A DNA stretch of 62,126 bases, the filler included, from Choristocarpus tenellus KU-1152 (Eukaryota; Protista; Phaeophyceae), in the NCBI GenBank assembly GCA_964200185.2. It is 13 parts of 13 records of this genome, joined end to end, with 100 filler letters (N's around TTAATTAATTAA, not from the genome) between each part and the next. Parts side by side here need not be neighbours in the genome. Positions count along the whole stretch, not along the records: positions 30,206 to 38,584 come from CAXNAD020004788.1; positions 38,685 to 41,271 come from CAXNAD020026507.1; positions 41,372 to 47,128 come from CAXNAD020009829.1; positions 47,229 to 55,916 come from CAXNAD020004444.1; 9 more parts are not named here. One strand, 5' to 3'. The number at the start of each line of letters is the position of its first letter. The stretch's first letter is position 1. The notes beneath the pieces were generated by a model that saw only the letters and a list, made by a program, of their open reading frames with translations, was not told the origin of the DNA and made no database searches. This document shows positions 37,190 through 50,300 of this stretch, piece after piece. Both the position numbers and the translations under genes were made by a program.

Positions 37190-37510
37190 TATTGTGCTAC
37201 TGCCTTCCTGTGCTTCCCATCTATCTACTCCTGCACAGGGGGGGGAGGCATCCCAAGAATCCAACAAACCCCTCCCTACCCATCTTCCTGGCGACTCTAG
37301 TTCAAAGCGCATGACACGTCTAGACAATGCCACTTGCGTAGTCACCGAGACAATTTGGCGTAGCCGAGATTTAACTACTCCTTCGTGCAATATCCTCCCG
37401 CTCCTCTCCCCCCTACCATGTGAATAGCCAGCTCATCCAGGAAGCATTCCGCTTGCTTGCCAAGGCGCCCAAAACTTTCCACCGCGAAGATGTTGAAGTT
37501 ATAACTCCCC
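37190..37510 (-). mobile_element. CRE/SLACS-like non-LTR retrotransposon 3' end
   Basis: SYNFNIFAVESFGRLGKQAECFLDELA...RLRQIVSVTTQVALSRRVMRFEL. Confidence 0.8.
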
Positions 37511-38530
37511 TTCAATAGTATCACTTGTTGCACCATGAATTATTTTGATGTCCATAGACCCTTGGTCAGGAATATCGGTACAATAATTTGTGTTGTTTCT
37601 TTGAGGAAAAACCTTCCAGAGTTGTTTTCTCTATGTATTAGGTCATCGGTTAAATTAATACAGCCTGTTGCTAATAGGAAGAAGATGTTAGTACCACCTT
37701 CACTACTTTTGGGTATACAACAAGGAAGAAAGAGAAAAATAATAAAAAATGGACTCAAGCACAGCAGCAAGAATGTCCATGACCCATCACGCCTAGCCTC
37801 ACATCAGCATCACCAGTCATCAAAACCAGAAGACAATTTGTAGCAAAAAGTTTTAGGGCCGATTTATAAGCAGTCAATCAATTCAATGTGATTTCTGCAG
37901 AACCATTGGTGGCGGTGTTTCTGGGCTACACTTACACTTGCTTTTCAGTTATCAACTTTGAACATATACATATATATGTCTGGCTGACTTATCATCCCAC
38001 CAATTCCATCCACTACCACTGGTAACTCAAGGTGTTGTTCCGCAATTCTTGTCAGTCAGGAACGAGCATTTGTGGAAATGAGAGGAGGCAGTCACCATTG
38101 TATTGGTAAGGCTGGCAGTGTCCATCGAGAGTATTATCCTTAGTATGTATATACACACGTGATATGTTCAAAATGTCATAATATAACAAAAAAAATACTC
38201 CTGCCTCCACGACGAATTTGATCCTATTATGAGGGTGGCATTTTTTTATATTTTCATGTGGCACGTACGTATGTGAGGGATCCTGTTTTTTTTGTAAAAC
38301 CATCAATGGGCAGATGGTAGAGACCTCGTGAAGATCTCGATTCAACATTGTTACAGATGATAAGCTGAAGTGTACTAAGTAAACTACAGGAGCATTCATT
38401 TTTTCGATGTTGTATGTAGGTTTGCCATAAGGAAAGGACAACATGAGTAGCCTAAGAAGTGGCAAAAAGAACCTTTCAATTGGCAAGGTTGTTGACGACT
38501 TGTGATATTGATCGGTTTGACACCGACTAA

Positions 38531-38584
38531 GGCTCAAAGCATCTGGGGGGGGGGGGGGGGGGGGTGCACCAAGGTGCTCATTCG
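38531..38584. mobile_element. MITE family C terminus
   Basis: GGCTCAAAGCATCTG-polyG. Confidence 0.75.
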
Positions 38585-38684
38585 NNNNNNNNNNNNNNNN
38601 NNNNNNNNNNNNNNNNNNNNNNNNNNNNTTAATTAATTAANNNNNNNNNNNNNNNNNNNNNNNNNNNNNNNNNNNNNNNNNNNN

Positions 38685-38843
38685 GGGTGGCGGCTGTCCA
38701 TTTGGGACCGATTTTTTCATATCGCGATTTTTGGGTGATTTGGTTCCATACATTGGATGGATAATGAAAGTGCACTTTTCCTGGTTTTGATCCAAATGGA
38801 CACTCTGGTGTAGACCTCCCCCCCTCCCCAGATACTTTGGGTC
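38685..38843. mobile_element. MITE family C copy
   Basis: GGCGGCTGTCCATTTGG...CCAAATGGACACTCTGGTGTAGAC-polyC-AGATACTTTGGGTC. Confidence 0.85.
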
Positions 38844-39423
38844 AACCTAATTCTTGTTACTGCAATGAAACTGTAGTGAAACTGTAGAATCTGATAAACC
38901 AACTTCCCCATCCTGGTTGTTGATTGTTGGACTTTTTAGAAACATAATGATTTTGTGTGAAGGATGTATGTACAGAGTATTGCAGTGTGCCGTGTGCAGT
39001 GTGGTCCAGGAGTTGGACAGCGATTGCGTGTCAGAAGCATGCAAATACGATTTTGCTTGTATCCGCCGCTTACCCTTGAGATAGCACTGTATTATTTGTT
39101 GAGTTGCACATGTGGGTTTCCTAGTCTCTCAATCAACTCCAATCAACTCCAATCAACTCTGGTATGTAAACGTTTGGTCCCCAGGGATACACTCAGGGGG
39201 CCCACATACAGATGTGTGTCTGTGTACCAACCAAGAACAACCCCCTCCTTCAAAATAGCTACCACAAATGCAAATACATTCGTATATATATATATATTCA
39301 TATGCATACATACACATACATAAACAGAATCCCAGGCCCTCGACCGATCGTCTCCACCATCCCAACCAATGTGTGTATCCCCCATACTGTGTTGATCTTG
39401 TGGCATGAACCTCCAGCCCCCAG

Positions 39424-41271
39424 ACCAATGTGTGGCACGAGTCCTGGAGAGTGCTGCCGACTTTCCCATTGCGTTACCTCTTGAGGGCATCATTATCTCC
39501 TCCGCGGAGGAAGGGGAGGGGCTCCGATCAGCATTGTTAGGCGTTCTGAGGAGGATGGAGGAAGCGCAAGAGGGTGATGGGGAGTACATGGAGGAAGAGG
39601 CGGTGCCGTCATTGGCTAGGGGGCGGGGGGGGCGGGGTGGAGCAGGGGAGGGGGGAGGGGCACGGGTGGCACGGGCGGGCTTGAGACTGGGGAAAGGTCT
39701 TGCGCTGTATCACAAGTTTGCCCAGGGTAGGTGAAAGATGTGGTGGACCGTGCTCTGTAGTAGAGTGGATGGGGTTGGTGGTGAGGGAGGGAGTATGTGG
39801 TGGTATTGTTGGTTAAGGTGTTTTTGGTGTTTTTCATGGGGAGGAGGAAGGGGAGGAGGGGGAGAGGTGTTGATGGGATCGGTACAGGGCTTGAACCCGC
39901 CTTTGTCTGCAGGCTTGGTTGTTTTGTTTAAAAGGTTCTGTTTTGCGTTGTTCCTGTTTTTGAAGAATGAAGATTAAAGGGTTAAGGGTTTTTTGTTCTA
40001 TTTTTGAGAATTTTTAAGAGGTTCTTGTAGCGTTCTGTTACATACAGCTTGTATGTAAATTCAACGTCAGAATTGATACACTAGGCGGGGGGGTATATAA
40101 ACTATTTTAATTCTTTTTTCATTTTTTTTTTAAGGTTTTGTTTGTGAGCGCAACCTGAAGTACCTCGTATTTCATTTTATTTTATTTTTTTTTGTGATGA
40201 GTGTCTTTACTCTTCTTAAATCACTTGCCAATTCCCGATTATTATTACTATTATTATTTTATTATTATTTGGTGGAGAGTTGAGAGAAACATACTATTGC
40301 ATTATCGTATTGCGTTTTTTTTTTTGTCTCTGCGAAATAAGTAAATAAATGGGTGAATGAAAACGTCATCGACCATTCTGAGGGAGTTGCAGTGTCCGTG
40401 GGCGTGATGAGTATCGCATTTGGGGGGTGGGTGCTATTTAAATTAGCTCGTTGGCTTGAAGGGTGTGAGAATTTGTGTTGACACGTTGCCATGACTTGTA
40501 TGGCGTTTATTTTGTTGGGCGGGGAGGATCGTTGAGAGTGAAGGAGGTCACACGCAATCTTAAAAGGCTGCGCTGGTGTTTGGTTGTATGTGAGACCCTA
40601 GTGATGGGGTGTTAGGTGCGTGAATCACACCAGTTTTTGTTCCTTTTAAAAAAAAAATCAAATGTTCAAATGCTTGAGTACATGTTTCATGTATGTGTGT
40701 GTGTATATGCATGTATTATGTATTTTTTGCATTATATGTACGCACATACGTATTTTCAATGGCTGCTTTCGTACCTGCTCTATTTTATATTCGCCGTATC
40801 AACCCTAACCCTACTACGGTAAAGTCAATGCACAAGGGTACAGAAGAGGGTTAGTGCTAGAGTGCATTTAATTCCTCACCCATGATTGTTTGTACTTGTG
40901 TACAATGCTATCGTACAATTGTGTGGTAGAAGATTTTGGGGGAGTTACTATCTCAAAATTCCTAAGGATCCTTAGCCCTATAGGGCAAAGCCTCGTGTTA
41001 CGGAATGCTTTGTTGTACATTTTAACCATGTTGGCTCTTTTTTACCAATCCTTTCATACATACGTTCATTCATACATACATTCATTCGTACATACATTCA
41101 TACATACATAAATCCATATGTCCATACATACATACATACATACATACATACATTCATGGCAGGGTTGGCTCATCTTGACGTCCTGGATGGAAGGAAAGAT
41201 GTGGAGTTGGTGGCGACAGCCTCTACTACAGATGGACTGGTGCGAAGCCTTGGAGATTCCCCTTCCCCCCC
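39424..41271 (+). CDS. Hypothetical protein, internal exons (~39424-39726 and ~41163 to contig end)
   Basis: GC-rich open segments with AG/GT borders: ...LRLGKGLALYHKFAQG then LAHLDVLDGRKDVELVATAST. No family recognised. Confidence 0.5.
41055..41156 (+). repeat. (CATA/CATT)n microsatellite
   Basis: Read directly. Confidence 0.9.
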
Positions 41272-41371
41272 NNNNNNNNNNNNNNNNNNNNNNNNNNNNN
41301 NNNNNNNNNNNNNNNTTAATTAATTAANNNNNNNNNNNNNNNNNNNNNNNNNNNNNNNNNNNNNNNNNNNN

Positions 41372-41419
41372 CCAAATAGACAGCCGCCCCCGCCCCCCCC
41401 CCCACAGATACTTTGAGCC
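41372..41419. mobile_element. MITE family C terminus
   Basis: CCAAATAGACAGCCGCCCC...CAGATACTTTGAGCC. Confidence 0.8.
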
Positions 41420-42049
41420 ATATTTTTGAAGAGATGGGGAAATTAAAAATAACTCTTACATATATTTTTGTCAGAATCGTTCAACCCGTAGATTTTTCAA
41501 AAGATCACCCAACTTGTGTGATGTAGGGCGCGAAAAAAATGCTACCAACCGGCCTAGCCAGCTACCCAAACCAAGGCGATTTTTGGGGGGCTCACAATTG
41601 TTCTAGCCTCACGTACAGTAAGCACACACAGAAAATTCAACTGGCGCTCCACCCCAGTCCAACAAAGCGGACGTTGCCCGATTTCAAATGCTCCATTCCC
41701 CTTAACAATGATCGTTCACTCACTAAGAGTACATAAAACCATCGAACGGGGCCCCATCCCACCCCCAAAAAGCGGCTTTGTGCGTGATTTTTATATGACT
41801 CCACTCTGCTTTGCAATTGTTTGGAAGTAAGAATATGATAACTTGAAATTGTACAACAGGCTGGTATGAGGCACAGTCGTTCGCAGTAGAGTCTGTGACC
41901 AAAGATGTGATACATCAATCCACATAATAACAACGACATAGCAAATTATGCCATTCAAACAAATTTTGTAAGTAATAGGGTGTTTGCACAAAATGAAACT
42001 CGCTATCGAAAAAAGTCCTATGTATCACCCCATCAGCCATACACTATTA

Positions 42050-42450
42050 ATAGCTTCGTACACCGTTACAGCATTTTTTGTCTTCAATGGCCAATATTTG
42101 CTCTTAGTTTGAAGACTCGCCAGCTAGATGCAGATTTACATGAAGTTGATTCCCAAGGGGGATTGAAATCGACCAACTAATAGGGAGATCCTCTAAATGT
42201 GCTGCTCATCGTGCCCAGTATCAGCAGGTGAAATATGTAATAGTGGCACTGAGGTTAACAGTAGCATCGAATTTGGACCGATCAGGGGCATATCTCTACC
42301 AGAAAGACAAAACGTCTCCATCTATTTTGACTCGCCAGCTTCTAAGATCAGCTTACTTGCAATACTTGCTTAGGAGACAGATGCATCAACGCACCAATGA
42401 TGATGCTTGAGCAGGCATGTAATCAGGAAGGTCGTGGTAGAGTAGGCGGG
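42050..42450 (-). mobile_element. Possible decayed Copia RT/RNase H remnant
   Basis: IIGALMHL resembles the PYRSxIGxLMYL motif; the rest is very decayed. Confidence 0.3.
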
Positions 42451-43454
42451 AGCTGCTCGCAAATCTTGTTGTGGGGTGCAGATCCCCTGGCTGTTATGGG
42501 GCTCAGACAGAGCATCATATTCAGCACTTCCCCTTTTCTTGTCACTTGCTGTAGGAAGGAGTATCCTGGGGTGAGTTTGACAACTGTTCAAGGGCGTAAT
42601 ATTGATTTGTCTTAAAACATCTGTAAATCCGAGGTAGCACTCCCCACTGCAGTGTATTCATCTACCTACAACAATACACAGTCGTCCCTGCCAAACTCCC
42701 AGCACCAACCCCACGTCGACTACCCTCTCACCATGCGTCCACCTTATGCCAACAACATCGAACCAATACAATAAAATTGGTAACAGCAATAACAATAAAT
42801 CGTCCACACTGGTTCTGCAAATCCTGTTTCAAGTACCTCACTGAAGAAGTTGCTTTAAGGTTTTGATTTTCAACCTCTTGAGACTACCTGACAAGATGCA
42901 CCCACACAGGGACTCACATCACGCCAACAATTAGGGCGATTCTGAAACTTCCTCTGGGTACGGTTGATGAAGCAAGAATCCTTTGCTCTGAATAAGGTGC
43001 ATGTGGCAAAGTGATTTTCTCCTAGACCATGTTGAACAAGTTCATCATGTCTGGTTTTACACTGTGGGCTATTGTATTGCATTGTGTTTTATTGAATTAT
43101 CGAAGAAACAGAAATGATGAAAGCACCAGAGTAAAAACTCAATTACTAGGAGGAAAAGATGTTAAACCAGCAATGTATAACAGATTCAGCATGACAGTGC
43201 CGCTTGCATAAAGGTACAATTTCACAAGAAGGAGAGGCTCAGGGTCTAAAGGAGCATCCATCAACTCTAAAAAAGTCGGAACCACAATGAAGAAGCAAAA
43301 GGGACAGGTACGTACATCCTTGCACTATCATAGCCTACTGTATGCAAACAGCCAAAAACAACTGATAGTGTGACAAATGTATTGCTCTTATGTTTGTACT
43401 CCCTCAACTCAATTAAAAGATAACCTCCACTGTAATCGATTTCTAAAAGGTTCA

Positions 43455-43655
43455 TCTTCCTGCACTTGCTCTACCCCATACTTGAACTCAGACAGGGAGC
43501 AGGGATAGCTCTAAAATCTAATGTCTAGCTCAAGCTTGCAAATTTATCCTTCCTGCTTTTCCAGCAACTGCTCTACCCCAGACTTGAGCTCAGACAGTGA
43601 GCAGGGAAACCTCTAAAAAATAATATTCAGGGCCAGGTCGCAAATATCCTTCCTG
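43455..43655 (+). repeat. ~105-bp imperfect direct repeat, two copies
   Basis: TGCTCTACCCCAxACTTGAxCTCAGACAGxGAGCAGGGA...ATCCTTCCTG twice. Confidence 0.8.
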
Positions 43656-44719
43656 TAAAGCACCTTGCACATGGCAAATTTTGTCACTGTCAACACATCA
43701 TTTGGGAGAATGAATGCCCTGTGAGACCTGCGACTTATTCTTCAGCAGCGATCAGCAACCATATCAAGTTCACCTACACCAAACATATTAACATCTTCTC
43801 CCTTGCATGGAAAAGGTTGAGGTTCAAACATCAACATAAGCACGGAATCCAGGGTTTAAAAATTGTTGGAGTCCAACCTCTCCCTTAAGCGTACCTCCTC
43901 CCAAGAGCACAGAGGTTCAACCCCACACAGGGATGGTCCGACATGTCACACACACATAGACTGGGTTAAGCACACAGGCCGTGTATCATCTTCCTGCATC
44001 CCTTAGAGAAAACTGCCCTCATATTATGGGTACTCGCACCCAACAGCCAGGCAGCAGGGCCCCATTGCCCCAAACTCAACCCAAAGGAAGGCCAGAGATG
44101 CCCCTGGTTCACAAGCAGGAGAAAAGAAAGAGTGCACGAGCTTTTTCCTGTGGGCAGCTTCACCACCCACCCCTCTCATTTTTGTCAGTGTGAGTTTCAT
44201 GTTGTTTCTGAAGCTGTGCAGCCCAACAAAAACTCAAGCTCTCTTTACATCCCTGTCCCTGAGGGGGAGACAACTAGGAAATAATGTTTTTTCCAGGAGA
44301 TCTTTCCCCACAAAACAACAGGACAGATAAAACAAAAAAAATGAACTCACCACAAACAAAAAATGAGGCATCCACAAGAATCTCCCCTCCACTCCCCCCA
44401 GGCAAAGGCAAGCACCTCGGATGAAATGTGGGAAAAGCTTCACGGGGAGTTGACAAACACAAAAAAAAACTACAAAAAAACTAAGATAAAGAGAGAAAAA
44501 AAAGAGACTGAGCAAGAGATCTTCTCTCCACCCTCCTATTTCCTCGCGACCTCTGTACCAGTTAAGGGCTCAAAATAGTACACTTCAATCACCCTCACAC
44601 CACACCACCACAACATTACACATCACTTCTCCATCGGTGAAGCCCCTCCCCCACCTCCACATATGTTGCATTATAAGACCACAAAGTCCACTACTACAGT
44701 TATCATTACAGCCAACAAA

Positions 44720-45953
44720 CTACGTAAATCCTCCATTCTGGGCACCCTGCCATCCTTCCAGGGAAGATCCAATTGCCCCCCCGGTTTGCCGACTTTCCTT
44801 CTTTCTTCTAACGTCGCCTGTGGGTCCCAGCTCTTTCCTATCGGCCTCATCAATCTCTAGCACTTCACTCAGGTACCAATGGTTCCACTGCAGTCAGTCA
44901 AGGTTCGAGGGGGGAATGTGGGGAGGGGGATTACAGCTAGAATGATGGAATTGGTGCATTAATCTAATTCTCACCTGATATTTGCGACAGGTTAAGTAGG
45001 GAGAGAGGAAATGAGGGAAGGGCTGGAGGGTTTTCTCATCCTCCTGCATGACTCAGTTTCTTAGTCGCCAGTACTTAGCCAGAAGGAACCGTGGAGGAGA
45101 TCAGGGAGGGGGGACAAAATGTATCTTCTATAATCCGTCTTATAATATCAAGGACGTGTAAACTGGAGCAGTATGACTTTGGCATACCATCTATTTGTTC
45201 GACTTCAACTCAACTTCAACTTCAACTTCTCAATATTCACAATGCTACAGAATTACACAGCAAGGAGCACAAGAAGACCTTTCTGACCATGGCAATTACA
45301 GCACTTTGACAAATTCCCTCATGGTTCAGTTACCTTTTCTAAGTGTTGACAGACCCTGCAAAATACAAAACAATCTATGTGATCTGGTAAGGGATGTACT
45401 AAAAACAAGGTTTCAGCAAGAGGTGAGAAATGGGTGTTGTGCAACCTCTGCTACGAAAAAGACAATGGTACAGTTCCAATTAGGGTAATAGTCCACATTT
45501 AAGGATAGTACCCTGGTCTCTGATTTGTCAAATGTTGAAATCCCACTATACCACTAGGACAGAAAGTCACACAACTCTCTGCCTCGATAATACAATGGTA
45601 TTTCCATATTTGACAACGGAAATGTTGATACTATATTGCAAGGGTGCCTGAATCCTCAGTCCCTCCCCTCCGGAAGGTTAAATCATCAAACATATCATCT
45701 CTTAACGACGAAAGAAACATCACCTCTGCAAGAAATAGTTGTCAAATGAAAAGTCTCACACCTTGGATTCCTCTTTTTGCTCTGGTGTTGGAGCGGCATC
45801 AACAACCTCCTTATGGGTGAGCCATTTATAAAAATCCTTCAAAACCTCGCTGAGGGGGTAGAACACGCGGCAGAACAGGCAAGCGATCCCGATGATTATG
45901 CCAAGGCCGATTGCCACATACATCATAAACTCAGTATCATCTTCCAGGAACAT
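44720..45953 (-). CDS. Complete 3-exon, 142-aa orphan protein with one N-terminal TM helix (45762-45953, 44975-45043, 44720-44887)
   Basis: All introns are phase-0 GT-AG. MFLEDDTEFMMYVAIGLGIIIGIACLFCRVF...EDEKTLQPFPHFLSPYLTCRKYQ WNHWYLSEVLEIDE...GGFT*. Confidence 0.65.
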
Positions 45954-47228
45954 GGCAGCACTATGTTTCCACTTCGTCCGCAAGGACAACAAGTAGGGGC
46001 TGCACTGGCGAAACCCAGAGACCTGCCACGCAGAGAAGGTAAGGAAATTTTGACTGGAACTTTTCGACAAGGTCCGTGAGGTGAAATACATTTACACTGA
46101 TTTGACCAGAGAAGTATCACAGGGCTGATCCATTTTCAGAGATCAAATGCAATAGCTTCAACTGGACTCCACATAACGTCACTAGCTAGAGAAGTACCGA
46201 TGGCTCGGTAGAAATGACGCGACGGAAATTGAGTCAAACAATCAAATATTCGTGTTCTAAAAAAGGGAGTGATTGAATGAGGAATTGAAGGCGCCATTGT
46301 AATACAGGAGTTGGAAGAAATCCGAGCACAGGCAACAAGCAATAGCACGTCAATTTGTTAAAAATCGCCTTCTTATCTCTGGACTGGGCGGAAGACATGA
46401 CGTATCACGAAATGTTGTGCAGCAGACCTACACTGTAGCAGTTGCACTTCGAACTAAAGCCGAAACAGCACTCACCTTGCCAAAACAAGGGCCGCAATTC
46501 GTAACCACCTGGTCAAGTCAATTTACCACAACATGACAAGGCGCATACAGCGTGGGTCCGGGTTTACCAGGCTGTCCACACCTCTAACCGGACTCACACA
46601 CATCAACCCTATCTAGGATCAGAGTATTGACACAGCTTCACGGAGAAACGCTACTTCTTAAGGTCGAGTGCCTCTAGCAAATTGAGAACACCTTCAACCA
46701 ATGCAATGAAAGTTCCCCCGTCACAGTATGTCTCCTTTCCCAGTCCAACAAAAGTGTTGGTTGGTCGGTCAACGTGGTGTAATGTGGTTGTGCCCTAGTC
46801 CAAAAAAAGTGTGGAAACAAAACACTATCAGGAGTGGAAAAGTTCGAGTTATTTTACATACTTTAAATACGTATATGAATATTTTTGAAAGAAATATATA
46901 CAACGTTCACATACATTGAACACATATTACATTGTTATCCATACGTTCTTTATTGGTAGTTTATCCAACCAAGGAATTGGATCCACAATAACTTACGCAC
47001 CCACTACAGTAGGTGTCCCTATTTTGGGCCAAATATTATTAACCAAATCGAAAAATATTCAAGTTTGTACCCCTTTTTTCGACATGCTAAAAAAAATAGG
47101 TTTTTGTACCGGAATTCTCATATTCGGGNNNNNNNNNNNNNNNNNNNNNNNNNNNNNNNNNNNNNNNNNNNNTTAATTAATTAANNNNNNNNNNNNNNNN
47201 NNNNNNNNNNNNNNNNNNNNNNNNNNNN

Positions 47229-47274
47229 GGACACCCTGGTGTAGACCCTCCCCCCCTCCCAGATACTTTGGGTC
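47229..47274. mobile_element. MITE family C terminus
   Basis: GGACACCCTGGTGTAGAC-polyC-AGATACTTTGGGTC. Confidence 0.8.
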
Positions 47275-47345
47275 TGACCTATCAAGAACAACAAAGAACA
47301 TCTACGTATGGCGTATGATAACCACCCATCATTCTCTCTTCGCAG

Positions 47346-50300
47346 AGGCAAGGTCTCGCCAAATTTAGCACATGCATGGCCACCAGGTTGCCCAAGGTCG
47401 AAGATATGCCTAAAATCGAGAACTTCCCTTTGTTAGGAGACTCGGGTCAGAGGGAGGGCACCAAACGCACCCTATTCGAAACACTTGGATACGGAGTAAG
47501 TGAAGACATCTTTGTGTAAGGAGCTCAATATTCAACACGATTATTCTTCTTCCTGCATGCATGAGACAGAAGATATATGCTGGTTATGAATGAGGATATT
47601 GTACTGTTTGGCTCAAGATTGTGGTAGGGGTTGGGGTGGTGGATTTTTCAGGAGTTTGGGTCAAGGTTCGGTTTGGGTACGGGTTTGGTGTCAGGGTGAG
47701 TTCTGGCTCAAAGTATCTGCGGGGGGTGGCGGCTGTCCATTCGGGGCTATTTCCCTGTAGCGAATATAAGATGAATTTGGTTGCATACGTCAGATGGATT
47801 ATGTAAGTGCACTTATCCTGTTAAGGGCCCGAATTGACACCCTGGTGTAGATTCCCCCCCCCCCCCCCCCCCCCAGAGACTTTTAGCCTCTGCTTCAGTA
47901 ATTACTGTAGGTAGAAGCAATAAGTGAGAAATCTTTTGCATTGTGACAAGTGTATTGATTCTATGGTAGCTACTTCAATTGATTGTTGACTATCTTCCTT
48001 CTTCCTTCTCATGTTTCATGCCTCTCTTGTATATATAGTATTTACATATTATGTATGATTGATCGTGTTCAGTGAAAAATCTCACCAATGGTACGAATGA
48101 TGTGCCTACTTGTAGGACCGTACACCCTATTGAATGTCTGTTTCCATGGGTTGCCTATCCCAGGATACCTTTTGCTCTTCATATAGATCCTTCATCAATA
48201 ATCCTAGTGTCCCAGAAATATGATTTTACCTACTTTCTCGGCTAGTTGAAGCATCATTCGAGCTTAAGTATCCCTACCCCAACTCCAGGTGATGGACCCA
48301 GTCGCATATCAGACCTTCGAGGCCTCTCCTCTACCCCCGAAGATTCGACCAACCACACACATGAGGGTAGCTGAAGGAGTGCATGCCTATGTACAAGAGT
48401 TCTTGGGACTCCCAGACACCTATGACACTGCTAATTTGTCTGATGAAGAGAATAGGATACAGGAGATGGTACTCCGGAATGGAAAAGAAGGAACAGGCAT
48501 GGTAGTGAGCAGAAGTGACTACCAGAGAGGCAAAGTGCCTGCAGTTGGTTCCCGGATGACAGTCATAAGACTTGGAAGCGGCGAGGTAGGTCTAGGTTAG
48601 CGATAAGAATTGTGCTGCATTCAAAACAAGAGTGGATTCAAGAGCACAATGTAGGTGTGAAGCAATCATTGAACATCACAGTTTGCAATGCTATTGGTGT
48701 GACATATAGAGCTGTTTTCGAGGACCATGGAGAGCTTGGTGACAGGAGAGTTTTCAGAGCATAGTAACCTCCAACGTTGTGCTTATTTTCCACTTCAAGG
48801 TGCTATTCTTTGTACAAAGTAAGAATTTTTTAACGCTGTCAACCCTATACTCACAAGGTAGAGTAGTTACTTGCATTGGGTACAGAGGAACAGGGAACAT
48901 CTTAAACAATAGAAGTTGTTGTGGTTCTGACCCTGGGAGGTGTATGTAGAGACCAGTGGAATACATTAGTTGGACCGCTATTGAAGTGGTCCTTCAAGGT
49001 TAGGAAAAAGACATTGATACAAAATAGTTTTTTCAAGTCGTGCCCTAACCTAAAATTGTGCTATTACACCTGAGAGGAGTAATCTAGGAACAGAAAGAAA
49101 AAAATATATTGTTGATTCGTGTGTGCGTGCGTGAGTGCGTGCATGTGCATGTGTGTCATTTCCCCCTCAATCCTCCAGTTTCTGTGGCCGTGGACAATCG
49201 ATTTTTACTTCAGTGTATACTAACTACTTGGTAGAGCTCTAAGGAAATACTCCAGAGTACTGCATAGGGGATGCCTTATAGCTAGCATTGTCTTATACTG
49301 CTCCTGGCATCTCTGGGGACTTGGTTTTTACTCACCATACTCATATTTCTACTTGATCTTGACTAACCCACAATCTCCACTCCTTAATGGTGTCCAGATG
49401 CTCATCTACTCTCCCCAAGCACCAACCGTTGAGCTATTGGACCAGCTCAGGGATGCTTTCCCTGCGCTTGGAACCTCTACCAAGGTGCCCCAGGAAAAAG
49501 TTTGAGTCAGTTTTTTTTCTCTGCAATTCCTTACAAGAATTGAGTATTGTTTGTATCTATCGCTAATTGAGCTTCTGCACTAGTACAAACCTCTTTTTAA
49601 AGTGAGTCATCCAAAGGTTCAGATTATTGGTGGAATCGTGTGCAAAAAAATAATGCCTCGAAGGACTCTGATGCATGGTGCATGATAATTGTGATGTATC
49701 ACTGGAAATCGTGAATACCCTTCAAGATTCAGTGTTTCTAATAACTTTTACTAAGAGCAGCAGTATGATAACCTTGTGCAGCCGGCCTGCATTTTCCCCA
49801 ATCTACTAGATTTCTAAGCCTTTTGTAGTCACCCCAGTTAGCACCATATGAAGTAGTACTAGGCCATACAGAGTTGAAATAGAGATCATCTACCAAATGC
49901 TTTGCACACCATTTTTATTATGGCCCTCCTTTCACCCAGGACATAGAACGTTTCCTCTTGCACCTTCCCCAATACACATATTTTTTGCCATTCCTACCTT
50001 GGCCCGATATCCCTGTCTCCCATCGCGTTTGTTTGTATTAGTAGGACTCCTGTTGCCTCTTCTCGTCAGTCAGCATAGAGAATGATGTACATGTTCATCT
50101 CTTTCTTGATTGTAGGCATTGTCCATTGATCCATTTTACCATCAAACTGCTACAAGTTAAAGCCCTATCCCCAAAACGTTGTTACCCAAGTGCCTTACCT
50201 TGTCCCTGACTTGGACACCTAGCCCTCACTCTCCACCAACACCAGTTCAGACGTATGCCCCATTCCTAAGCCCTGTCCTCTGACTCTTGCTCTTGTGGTA

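Noticed and set aside
35518-38537. Possible viral or Helitron ORFs (YGLFNGSG; 161-aa ORF at 38052)
   Set aside because: A single weak motif with no supporting helicase or viral hallmark; cannot be supported by eye.
39875-39910. tRNA-like T-arm on the minus strand (GCGGGTTCAAGCCCTGT...CCCA), also GGTTCAACCCC near 43914
   Set aside because: No D-arm, anticodon arm or acceptor pairing; at most a SINE scrap.
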